Under the pieces are notes generated by a model. That model saw only the letters and a program-made list of their open reading frames with translations. It was not told where the DNA came from and searched no databases. Both the position numbers and the translations under genes were made by a program. A DNA stretch of 62,944 bases, the filler included, from Sphacelaria rigidula (Eukaryota): assembly GCA_964200075.2 (NCBI GenBank). It is 10 parts of 10 records of this genome, joined end to end, with 100 filler letters (N's around TTAATTAATTAA, not from the genome) between each part and the next. Parts side by side here need not be neighbours in the genome. Positions count along the whole stretch, not along the records: positions 1 to 6,205 come from CAXNAA020021518.1; positions 6,306 to 12,510 come from CAXNAA020021519.1; 8 more parts are not named here. One strand, written 5' to 3'. Within the stretch, counting starts at the first letter, position 1; each line of letters starts with the position of its first letter. Below, piece after piece: positions 1 through 11,256 of this stretch.

Positions 1-129
1 CGTTCTAGCCAATGTCGCCAATATGAGGTGTTTCATGCAGCCTGAACCCGAACATCAGGCGCTGTATGGCCATTTGTTTCGCGACACTTTTAGCTGGTTT
101 TTTGGGGGGGGGGGGATCGTAGAAAGTGT
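1..129. mobile_element. Right end of MITE family B (poly-C/poly-G-containing TIRs)
   Basis: Similar to 19530-19651 and 38015-38133; ends G-run+ATCGTAGAAAGTGT. Confidence 0.6.
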
Positions 130-792
130 CACGGACACATATATCGTAGAGGTGTTGAAACAAGTATTGAACGACCCTAATCGGCCGACATTTGGCCAAA
201 CGTACATCTCAAATGCCCTGTGCCTCCAGTCCACGAGAAACAATGAATTTCACTGAAAGATTTCCAACCGAGTACTTAGAACAAAAAAAAAAGCGTTTTC
301 GAAGTCCATCATCCAGAACCACACGCGCGAAACCAAGTTGTTTGCGGCAACTCGACGTGTTTTATCGACCATTGATATCTCTCACGCACCTACCTTTGTC
401 TGTACCATCAGTTGAATGTTCAAGGCAAACTAACAACAGCTAGCTACAGGAATATTTCATTCCGCGTGCGTATGCATGTCAAAAGTCCTCTGCTCCCAAC
501 GGTTGGGCAGAACATGCACCATCTCCCGCATTGTGCTCATTGCCCGACTTGCATCGTGTGTAAATAGGCCTAATGCCCCTTGCACGATTGCGTTTTGCTG
601 TCCACTCATTCACAGAGAACCCGACCGACTGCGCCGCAATCGAAAGGTATACCCCTTTCCCTCCCACAGATATAGCGAGCAGCTATTTCCTCCGGGAACG
701 TATACGTGAGCCTCAATCAAATTCGCATGAAGTAAAACAGTTCTGGACGACCTTTCAAAAGAATACAACCGTGATTATATAACGTTTGGCCT

Positions 793-3700
793 CTAGAGAA
801 TCCTGCCGTAGCTGGTATCTTCAATGTCCTCTACGTATATCGTGTCCACCTTCACTTCCTTCCCGTCCGAGTCGCGCTTGCACGTAATTCCTAGCTCTGT
901 ACCGCCAAATGAGAGTCGCATAGACATTCCACGACGAGCGAAAGGGGACGTCATGTCCACTGGTACATCAACCGTTACTAGAGTGTTCAACGTCGTGCTG
1001 GCGCTCCCGTCCTTCACGTACTGAACATCTGCAGCGCACTGTTTGGTTACAAGGATGTCGAAAGTTACATTCTCTTGGGCATCCGTCAGGGGTGAAAATG
1101 CATGTTCTTTGTCGGTTCCCACCGGAAGGTCTTGGCTCCTTTCGACGTACTTTTTAAACGTCTTGAGATACAGCTTACCACCGGTGAACGATATCTGACT
1201 CTTGCGTTGTCTGTGCTCTGGGTCGGCCGGGTCGTACGCAGACATAACTGCGGTTCCGTATGTCAACCGAGCTTTGCGAGAAATAATGGATCTCTTGTTT
1301 GCTCCGAATAGTGCCGCTCCCAGAACCTGACGTGCGGTTTCGGGGGGTTACGTGGGGGGCGGGTATATGACGAGGCAAGTGTAAATGGCCCTTTGACTTG
1401 GAACGTACGAGGGTGATCAGAGTCGTCAGCAGGTAATCGACAGATCACTCGATTCGTCACTCTTGGGTCTCAGGGCATCATCCAACGGTGAAACGAATGT
1501 GGAGAGAGAAAAAGGGGTGTGTGAGAGAGAGGGAGGGAGAGAGAGAGAGAGAGCGAGAGAGCGAGAGAGAGAGAGAGAGAAGAGGGAAGGGGAGAGAGAG
1601 AGAGGAGGGAGGGAGGGAGGGCGGGGGGAGCGTACTCATTTGTTGCTTGCCTTAGTCGTGTGACCATTGACCACGCATTCCTTTCGAGACGGAGCAGGGA
1701 GGGAAGGAGGGATCGAGAGCAATCTCACTTATCCTGCTCACGAAGCGATTTCCCCATGACGTGCTACTTGTCCCACAAACATCAATCTCGTGAAAGCGAC
1801 GACAAAATGCGCAAGAAGAGATACGATACTAGATGAGAAAATATCGACATGTGTTGATACTTTTCACGGAGTTGCACAACGATGCACGCCACCACTTACT
1901 TTATTTAAGGTGTGCATTCATGACATGATAGTAGCACTCGAAGTAGCAAAAGTAAGGAGTCGAGCTGGGGCATGATACGGTATCGGGATCATTACACCAG
2001 GACGATCGCAGACATGAATATGGGAGGCGCAATGATACATGAGAAAACGGAGAGTGACAACGAACGCGAGAAAATACGCGGCAGCTGTTATGTGGTGGTT
2101 TTCGTGTTATACCTAGTATTTTTGTACACATGGCTGTTCCTCTAGAAGTACAAGAATAATAGAACCCTGCGGTTCTTATCGCTATTGCTGTTGACCTTGG
2201 TCCTTGAACTTGGCTCCCTTCCTATTTGGATTCGCGTGTTGAGTGGACCAATGGGCCGTGCCTCGAGTAGCCCGAATGGTCGCAGACGGCATCGGAACTT
2301 AGCTAGCAGTTGTTATTTTTTTTTTCTTTTGTTTGGTAATTTATTTTGTTTGTATAGGGTCTGTGTGGGTATTTATGGGTCCGAATCTATTTTATTATGT
2401 TTTATATATTTTTGGGGGTAGTCAACCTTCGGCCACGGAAGACGTCGGCATACGATTACTAGTACAGAGTAATGCGCAAATATCGGGACGGTCTTTAATG
2501 TGAAAGCAGTAACAACAACAACAAGTTGTATGAGATGAAGATGAAGAGCCCGGAAAGGTTCACATTGAACTGGGGAGAAGGGGAATGAGCGATCGTAGAT
2601 CAGTGTACACCTCTTGGCGTAGAGATCTGAAAAGGGTATTGATGAGATACATATATAGAACGCACTAAGGAAGACACCGGTAAAATAGGAAAAATGGACG
2701 TGATCCTCAGAGAATCGCAGGTGGACATTACGATCAAGATATGAACTTTGATTAATGTGATTGTCCCGAAATTAAAATATGAGGAAGTATCGGGAGACAC
2801 AACGAAGATGGTGAAGCAGCTGGAAACTGCAGATAATAGCAGCCAAAAACACTTTGGAACTCTTAAGAACGACGTGTGACATAACATGAATAGCGGAAAT
2901 GGTACCCACTTCAAGCAATTAGAGATACGAGAACATTGAAAGGGCAATATAACGTGAGGGACATGCTAAATAAGAAATTTCCAGCCATAAATGATGAGCA
3001 GTATGTAAAACAGTTACAGAAGGGCAGGCTAGAGTACGGTGAAATAGCGCAGTCGAGAAAGTATGGAAGGACCTAAGGCGAAACCAAGACGAGGTCATGT
3101 CCACAGGTGAATGTGGGGTGTAGATAATGTGGCGATATGATATACATATGGGGAAACAGGCGCCGAGACAAAAGGTAGATGAGAAAGAGCACCTCACGAT
3201 ATACGTGGAGTTGAGAAAACATATGAGAATGGCAACATATCCAAAGCTCATCGTACGTTCGAGTGGGGACCATGGACCTGTCAGAACAGAGAAGTACGGG
3301 TGACCGCTGATACACGTTATCCACATTACTAAGCATCCCCGGGTGATGGGGAAGTGGAATAATGTTGCATTTCCGGATACAACCGTTTCAAATACATACT
3401 CAACTTTAGCGGAAGAAGCAGCCACGGATCAGCATTCCGTAACAAAGATCATAGCAGTAACCGACGAGATGGAACATTCATCGAAGGATACTGCATGGCT
3501 CCTCTACCGTATAGTTCGTGTACAGGAGTGAGTATATTGTCAGAAATAGTCGAGGTTGATATTTTGTCCAAGGTATCAAGAGTTTGGATGAACGGTTTCA
3601 TTGCATTCAAGAGTTTTGTCGAGAGATTGGCATAGCCCTACGCTATTACTCTTCAAACTTACCCACCTCAAGTACGCCCAGCACCTTGTCGTTAGTTTCC

Positions 3701-4746
3701 TGAAGAATGGTAAAGACAGATTGTGTTTGGTTTCGAGTTCGGCCAAGTGAAGCGCCAGGTGAAAAACATATTAATTCCTTTACTGCGCGAAGCAAGTGTT
3801 CAACCAACAGTGTGCAACCTCCACGAGCTGTCTTGTTAGAGCTGGATTCACGAGTTGATTGTCCTTGTCAAGTTTGACAGGTGAAGGCTATGCTGCTAGA
3901 CGTGTGTGAGCAGCCAAGCCACAGCCACCCTTCCAATAAACAGCATGCGTAACTCGTGAAACAAACTGCAAAACGGATGTTCAAGGATATCGGCGGGCTC
4001 ACAACAGTTACACGAAACGACGACGCGTGCGGACATCCGCCGATTCACCCTGCACGCACGTCTTCCGACCAATCGATAGCGTCTCAGAACGTAGGGACGT
4101 GCTCAAGTATGGATAACATGTACGAGCAGTCATCCGGGAAGAGGTAAAGTAGTAGTCGGGTCAAGGAGAAACTAGGTGCATATTGCCCATGTGGCAACGT
4201 GATTGAGGGTAGAACACGTATAGCGGCAGAATGTCAGCCCTACAAGGATGGGCGGGACGTGTGAGATAGAAGGGGGAACGTGGGAACTAAACGATGATGG
4301 TATAACCTCGTTTGGTATATTCGATCGTAGCGATAGGTTCATCGCTATACTAGGAGATATAGATGGTGGACACAGACGGCCAAAAGAGTAGGAGATAGTA
4401 TATACAAAATGGTTTGTGTGTGATGTACGAAATAAACGTAATGACCCCCTCAACTCCACCCCTGCAAACAAACTCACACATTTGTTGTACTTACGATCGC
4501 AAGACCAGGCTTGGGTGGAGCGACAACCCTTACAGCTCTGTGGCTGTCTTTCAGCCCGCTGGTGACCGCGTTCTGCAGGAGGAGACTGGAAGAAAATCCT
4601 CCAACCATGTATACCACTGATATCCCTGAGCGTTTGTCAAGTACTTCCCGACTTGCGCGTAAGATCTCCTTGAAAGCATCCTGGAAGAAGCTTGACACCA
4701 ATACAGGCTCCATCTTGAGCGTACGTCCCGTCACCTTGACTCCAGT
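793..4746 (-). CDS. HSPA12-like atypical Hsp70 family protein, last two exons (4746-4495 and 1326-793); 5' partial
   Basis: Exon 4746-4495 (CAG acceptor, GTAAGT donor) encodes ...VYMVGGFSSSLLLQ...VVAPPKPGLAI. It splices in phase 0 to 1326-793 (CAG acceptor), which encodes VLGAALFGANKRSIISRKARLTYG...MRLSFGGTEL...stop. The GGF-x-x-S, P-x-LAIV-x-GA-x-LFG, TYG and FGGTE motifs are typical of HSPA12-type proteins. Confidence 0.8.
1502..1621. repeat. GA-rich microsatellite
   Basis: (GA)n/(GGGA)n tract directly adjoining a LINE tail. Confidence 0.9.
1622..1696 (-). mobile_element. Short 3'-end copy of poly(C)-tailed LINE family 1
   Basis: Near-identical to 9548-9619, 19355-19424, 42421-42500 and 51101-51178. 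Flanked by AGGGAGGGA(G/A)GGAGGG at 1606-1621 and 1696-1711. Confidence 0.8.
2490..3300 (+). mobile_element. Degenerate non-LTR retrotransposon ORF2 (RT C-terminal/thumb region) in the HSPA12-like intron
   Basis: Broken frames read IVDQCTPLGVEI, GKMDVIL, NVIVPKLKY, VEKVWKDL and RVGTMDLSE, with many stops and frameshifts. Confidence 0.6.
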
Positions 4747-4932
4747 CTGCCGTGGACAACAAAGCATTTGAATAGAGATGTGCGGCCGTTAGAACTCTGA
4801 AGTTTTATCAGGCATGTTTGCTCTTCACTTCAGAGCATTTAGTACATGGGCGCAACGCGAATCAATTTTGTATCTAAACTCATGAAGAACGACGGACATG
4901 TCCCAATCTGAGGGACAGAGTTCTGAAGGTTA

Positions 4933-5136
4933 TGTAATGCGTGGGAGGACAGCGTGCATTTTGGACCGAAATGGAATTTGAACACCGCAGGATCAACGTT
5001 TTAAAAGACCGCTCGGGTGAGCCCCTGCAGGGACCGCGCCCTTGACCCTAACTCTAACACTAACCCAAACCGACACTTTGGGGGTGTTCGAACTTACATG
5101 CAGTCCAACAATCACGCGGTCCTCCCACGCGTTACA
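4933..5136. mobile_element. 204-bp TGT..ACA TIR element with internal telomere-like (CCCTAA) repeats, copy 1
   Basis: Termini TGTAATGCGTGGGAGGAC...GTCCTCCCACGCGTTACA; 5-bp TSD GGTTA at 4928-4932 and 5137-5141. Confidence 0.8.
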
Positions 5137-5172
5137 GGTTACACCATCTGAGAGGTGATGCCCGGTATCAAC

Positions 5173-5377
5173 TGCAATGTGTGAGAAGACCGCGTGCTTA
5201 GAGGACCGCATCGGAATTTGAACACGTCTATGGTTAGGTTTAGTGTTAGGGTTAGGGTTAGGGTCAGGGGCGTGGTACCTGCAGGGACTGACCCGATTGG
5301 TTTTGGAAAATGTCGATCCTGACGTATTTTGAACTACGGCGTGGTCCTCTAAGCACGCGGTCCTCTCACGCATTACA
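5173..5377. mobile_element. Same element, copy 2, opposite orientation
   Basis: Termini TGCAATGTGTGAGAAGACCGCGTG...CACGCGGTCCTCTCACGCATTACA; 5-bp TSD TCAAC at 5168-5172 and 5378-5382; internal TTAGGGTTAGGGTTAGGG. Confidence 0.8.
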
Positions 5378-6135
5378 TCAACTATTTACGTGGCCCCTAG
5401 TTCATATGGTCCATTTGCAACATGTTAGAAACTTCGTGTGGTGTGGTACTGTCAAGAGACAGACCTCCTACCTCAGTGGTTGGCATTGGAGAGGATGCAC
5501 AGAAGTCATGATGCCCACTACTTGTTTCTGCAGCGAAATAAGTGAAAACTTTGTTCGGGGGCGCTCATTTGGCCAAGACAGAAAAAAAAAAAGTCCCGAA
5601 AGTAGATAGCTGTGAGAAAGTGAAGGGCGAGGGTGGGGTGATAACCGTCATTCCCAACCAAGCGGCGATTGTTCGTGAGACACAAACCAATTCTGGGTCA
5701 TTTGACGTACGTCAACTCAGATTGTATAATCGAATTCAACCCATGGTTGACGCTCTTGTCGTGTCAGCATCTACAGCGGATCCGCGTCAGGCTACAAACA
5801 TATCCTAGTGGCTTGACTGCAGTATCCTATTGTAAATGTGTCGGCGCATGATCTAGTGTCCGGAGGTTGTGAAGCGGGCAACAACAAAGCACGCCGTTAG
5901 CTGGGCAGATATACCAATCCAGCAGTGTTTACTCGGTGTAGTGATCGTGCTCGCAACAAGCCAACACCCCGACATAGTTTCACACAACAGTAGGTTGATA
6001 TCCGCTTGATCTCAAAGACTCTTGTACACTCGTATTTGCTATCACGCTGCTCAATGCTCTTTCATGTAGCTCACCAGACTGCAGTAATTTCTGCGCTGGG
6101 CTCGGCGTAAGTGCCTTGAAAGCTGGGTGCTTGTT

Positions 6136-6205
6136 TGTAATGCGTGAGAGGACCGCGTGCTTAGAGGACCGCATCTGAATTTGAACATCCCTATGGCTAG
6201 GGTTA
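6136..6205. mobile_element. Same element, copy 3, cut by the contig end
   Basis: Starts TGTAATGCGTGAGAGGACCGCGTGCTTAGAGGACCGC and stops at the start of the TAGGGT tract. Confidence 0.75.
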
Positions 6206-6305
6206 NNNNNNNNNNNNNNNNNNNNNNNNNNNNNNNNNNNNNNNNNNNNTTAATTAATTAANNNNNNNNNNNNNNNNNNNNNNNNNNNNNNNNNNNNNNN
6301 NNNNN
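6206..6305. other. Artificial contig spacer (also 12511-12610, 18816-18915, 25121-25220, 31425-31524, 37729-37828, 44033-44132, 50337-50436, 56641-56740)
   Basis: Identical N44-TTAATTAATTAA-N44 linker with stops in all six frames; the flanked segments are all 6204-6205 bp. Confidence 0.98.
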
Positions 6306-6424
6306 CATCACGCAATTGTCTACGCATGATTTGACTTAACTAGATGCTTGTTCGCTCTAGGATATCAGCTCGCACAGTAGAGATACGCATGTGGACGACC
6401 ACTATGAACAACACTATTCTGTTT
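6306..6424 (+). repeat. 119-bp identical direct repeat (partner 11121-11239)
   Basis: CATCACGCAATTGTC...CACTATTCTGTTT is present twice, 4815 bp apart. Confidence 0.95.
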
Positions 6425-8868
6425 ATATCATGGTGCTTCCAACTGGGACTATTTTGTCGTATCATATCATCTGCGCTAGTCACACCTTCGGGTCGGTACC
6501 ACGATGCAAGACGATGTTCGTAACAGCGGCTGAGAGATTCGATCCTTCATATGAAATAAGAAAAACACAGTGCAATCTAGTTTCATCACTGTGCCAGATT
6601 GTTTTAGCAAGAACATAACTTCAACTTTAAGATGTAACAGCTCAGGTAGTCATACTTCATACCGTACAGTCAACACGAACATTCATTTAGTCTGTAAATT
6701 TTATTGCATAACTGCGGGTCATTGAACCGGCCGCGCTGATTATATCGCTGACTTCATGCATGAGATGTCGACGAATCTGGCGATGTGGTCAGCCAACCTT
6801 ACGTTTTGTCATGACAAGCTACAACCAAGTGAAGGAAAGATAATGAAGAGTTCATGCTGATGACATCGTGCTACCCGCTTGGATTGATTTCACGGCTTAC
6901 TGGATACCGTGTGGATAACGCTTGATTTGGAGCTTGCTGTGCCCTGTCAAAAATCGGAGATACCCTACACCATGCTGCCCGAATCAAACTTTTCATGCAC
7001 GGTACTGTCTGTTGCTGTTGATTTGATATGAAAGCGGGCCATCTGCTCTGTGTGCGTCCCGTCACTAAACATGAGTTTTGCTCAACGCTTGCACAGTGCA
7101 CGACCCAGGCTAATACCCCATCTTCCTATAACCTGATGCGGCGCACTGTTGTCATTTGAATACTACCAGCTATCCCTCATCATTATCCTGCATCAATCGT
7201 GCCTTACTGTTCGACGAGGTATTGCCTCATGTCGCTAAAACCCGACCCACTTGAGCCAAATTTTCGGTCACCATGCATTGATTACACCTTATACACATTG
7301 CCATATAAATGCGGCGGGTTTTTAGATGTGATACATGATCTCCCTTACGCCTTGAAATGAAAACTTGCCCTCACGGGTGAGTGCACAGGATCGAAATGTG
7401 AAAGCCGATCGTGCAAGGAGCTGTATGATGGGACAGCTTGATGCTTGCTTTATACACCACATCACGGTTGACGCCAAGATGAAATGATTCTCTCCACCGC
7501 TTTGCTGTATTCTTGGATGTCATAGCTACTGTATGCCCGAGTTCTGCTGTGTGACGCAGCTGCTCAGTTTTTTCTGTAGGCTATAATTTCGCCGTCTGAT
7601 GAGACAACGCCATGCTATGCTTGCTTTATAGCCGTGACAGGTCAAATCTTGTCGTGCAGACCTGATTGAGTAGAGTCACGGTGGATACTAGGATTGCATG
7701 ACTCTCCACACTGCTTTGCTAAATAATCCCATGCAACAGCTGCTGTGTGCTTTCTGCTGTGTGATGCAGCTGAAAGGAGCAACACAACACGATTTTGCGG
7801 TTTGATACAGCTGAAATGGAACCACGCTATCCTGCTCCACATATACTCAAACTCGACAAGACCCACTGGATGAAGAAGGAATCGTTTGCGTCTCCGCACA
7901 TTGGGTTGGATGTCACCCTTCTGTTTTACCACATGCTACCGTTTTATTTATTGTGATGCTTTTACACTATGGCTATACGGGATGACGGTACTGATCGTTT
8001 ACTGCCTACACCATCTCCTCGATGAAATCGTTGACTTTGTACTCAGTCTAACAGTGCATGAGTAGTGTGCTTTCGCTGTAGGAGCACAACTGTTCCGAAT
8101 CCCCATCGAATATCAAATATCGGACTATGCATGCGGACGAACCTCTGCCGCGTACTGTTTATTCGAGTCTATATACTGTGGGGAAACATGAGGTAGTGAT
8201 GGCCATGTCGCCTGAGTGAAACTACTGAACGCGATATCAACCAGCAGATGGGAGTTAACGAACTGCCTGTGGAAGAAACACACAGGAGCTATCGAGATGT
8301 TGTCGGTTACAACTAGTATCGAGTACAGCATATATATGCTTTTAGGAGCGCGAACCACATACTAGAGTATTTCATGCATGATCACGGATGCAACGGTGAA
8401 AGAATGTCATTGTTACTCTATACTTCACAAATTCACAAAAAACTGCTTGTGTGACCGTAATATCAAACTGGTTGCGCATACATGCTACTAGGCACGGTAC
8501 TGTGTAAGCCGATTAGCCGTGAACGGAAATGGCGAGGCTTGAATGAACGAAACGTGGAGTATTGACCATACCCCCTGGCGAGGGGGGGCAAACCGCTAAT
8601 GCTCGAAATGCTTTATTTGTCATGGAAAATGGATGTAACCTCTACGTGGTTCCCCCTGTTGGATCGTTTGCACCCTTGGTAAATATCTTCAAAAAGTGCA
8701 TGCGAGCTGTGCATGCGTAAAACAAGTGGAGAGTTATGTGAAGTTGTATGAACCACATATATATATATATATATATGCTTGCACCATACAGCGAACAAGC
8801 AGGATTTGATTGCATTGCATACAGGAAAATGCGCGAGGACGAAGGCTCAAGATGTCAAGACCATGCTT

Positions 8869-9260
8869 GTTCGAACAGGTTGACAGGAGAGTCAGGATTA
8901 CACATGTGTTTTCGAACAGGTTGACAGGGGGCCAAGAGTTTCCCATACGTGTTCGAAGAGGTTGCCACGGATCCAAGATTTCCCGTGTGTTTTCGAACAG
9001 GTTGACAGGGGGCCAAGAGTTTCCCATGCGCGTTCGAACAGATTGACAGGTGGCCAGGAGTTTCCCATGCGCATGCGAACAGGTTGACGGGAATCCAGGA
9101 CTTCCCCTGTGTTTTCGAACAGGTTGACAGGGAGCCAGGATTTCCCATGTGTTTCCGAACAGGTTGACAGGGAGCCAGGAGCTTCCCATGTGCGTGCGAA
9201 TAGGTTGATGGGGAGCCAGGAGTTTCTCCTGTGTGTTCGAACAGGTTGACATGGAGCCAT
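8869..9260. repeat. Minisatellite, ~10 copies of a ~40-bp unit
   Basis: Approximate consensus GTTCGAACAGGTTGACAGGGAGCCAGGAGTTTCCCATGTGT. Confidence 0.92.
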
Positions 9261-9547
9261 AATTCCCTTGGGCGTCCATGGATTCATACCTGGCTGTCCC
9301 CGACACGTGATACCCTGTCCAAATGCACACGCGTGAACCTGTTTTGTCCGGTTATATTGCTGCTCCCTCCGTTCTCCTTCCCCTTTATTTTGTTTTGTTC
9401 GCTATCGTTATACTGGTGAAGCGCGAACGCCATTTTAGCCGAAGCGAGTAGGAACGATGCACAGCAGCTGTGGGTACAAGCTGAACTTCGGCACCACAGC
9501 AAGAGTGGCGACCGCTAACCAGTAACGATGTTACTGGGCACCGAGGC

Positions 9548-9619
9548 GGGGGGCGTACTCATTTGTTGCTTGCCTTAGTCGTTTGACCATTGACCACGCA
9601 TCCCTTTCGAGACGGAGCA
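9548..9619 (-). mobile_element. Short 3'-end copy of poly(C)-tailed LINE family 1
   Basis: G-run+CGTACTCATTTGTTGC...GAGACGGAGCA. Confidence 0.8.
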
Positions 9620-10246
9620 GAAGCAGACGAGACAGGGGGGGGGGAGCTATGCATCGAAACAGTCGTGAAGGTTGTTGGTAACGTGGGGTAATATAGCAGC
9701 TTATTACAACGGCAGGGAGCAGGAATTTTGAGGTCCACTAACCCTAGTAACAGTAAGATACCTCAGATGAAAGTTCCAGGGTCAGCGGTGATTACTATTC
9801 TTTTCCGCACAAACGATAAGTTAATAAAGGTATGGGTCCGGGTGGTCCATGGATTATCATATGGATTTATTCCGACAGCGAGTTTCTGCAGGAAAAACAA
9901 GAGCACGTTATCTTTCGAAGGACAATCGAGATTTTGGCCTTCGCCGGAGGCGCCGTGAGTCCGGTTCGTGTCTAACAGTACCTCAAACCTCGGAGCTGTT
10001 GACACCGACCACCTCACTAGCCAAGGAGATTCGGCAACTTTGAACCTGATCCGTGCTGTCAAGCCAAGCGCGCTTGGTGACGACTTGACAGCAAGGTTGT
10101 CTGGCCAGAGCGAACTGGCAGCATCGAATGAAGTATGGGAAAGCCTTGGAGTGGCATGCGAGGACGATGCTACGCTTCAGTGGCTGCTGCATCCAACGGA
10201 AGACAGCGGTCAATAAGATCAAGGACTTCGCCGGACTGGATGGGAT

Positions 10247-10996
10247 CGTTTCTGTACGGTGTTTGAATTCCCTACGTGGTCTAATCCGGCAGAGAGATCT
10301 ATCAGAGCTGGAGTTGCCGAGACTGTTCGAGATTGTTCTGCACGGTGTTGAAATTCCCCACGTGGTCTAACCCGGCAGAGCGGTCTACAAAACAGCGGAC
10401 CCCCCCCCCCCGGGCGGGATAGAATCGTTCCTGCGCGGTGTTGAAGTGCCCTCCGCGGTCTAACCCAGCAGAACGGTTATCAAGATCGACGGCTACACCA
10501 AGACGCCGAGTACTCGGGAAGAGGGACATGGTAACGCGGCGATCCATCGTGTGAACCACGTTCAGTCCCAGGGTTTTTCAATCCTAGGACTGAGGGGGGG
10601 TGTTACGGATCGCGGCGTGGCGTGGTAGATGGAGATAGTACGATGATGGGCCGTCGGTTTCAAAACGACACTACGCCCGAAGGGCTGATTGCGGGAACTG
10701 GCTAGTACCGTGATCAGAGGTGAAGTCGGTGTAATCCGTCACAAGACGGCATACACAAACATGCCTCTTTACATCTGGTTGGATCCGGTTCTGTACAAGA
10801 ATCGATCCAGCTGACACCCTGGGATTCACTCTCTTTTGAGTGCTGAGGTAAATCCCACCAAGAAAGGAAAAGAAATCGAATCGACCTGACGAGGTGATCA
10901 AGATATCGTGACGTTCGTCGTGTATCGTTCTGCATTGGACTTACCCACGTGCTGTGAGCTTACGCTTGTTTCAGACATAACGGTGAGACTGTAACG
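10247..10996 (+). mobile_element. Probable 3' end of an LTR retrotransposon: tandem repeats, PPT and LTR (10601-10996)
   Basis: Three ~50-bp repeats (near 10247, 10335, 10426). Purine tract GAGGGGGGG sits immediately before TGTTAC at 10601, with a complementary GTAAC(G) end at 10991-10996. Confidence 0.5.
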
Positions 10997-11256
10997 AGGT
11001 TGATTTAGATAACGAGCAGATGCATGAAGGTCGGCATAGTAGTTAGAAATGAACTAGTACACAATCAGGATGGTATATTTTCCTGCGTATTCAACATGAT
11101 ATATATATATATATATTAATCATCACGCAATTGTCTACGCATGATTTGACTTAACTAGATGCTTGTTCGCTCTAGGATATCAGCTCGCACAGTAGAGATA
11201 CGCATGTGGACGACCACTATGAACAACACTATTCTGTTTGTATCACACACCCCCTC

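Noticed and set aside
6250..6261. TTAATTAATTAA recurring every ~6.3 kb as a periodic biological repeat
   Set aside because: Embedded in fixed N-runs; an artificial all-frame-stop linker between size-sorted contigs.
8869..9260. CRISPR array
   Set aside because: The inter-core sequences are homologous to each other rather than unique spacers; no cas genes; eukaryotic context.
9700..10240. Extra or antisense ORF upstream of the putative PPT
   Set aside because: Fragmented frames on both strands with no recognisable motifs.
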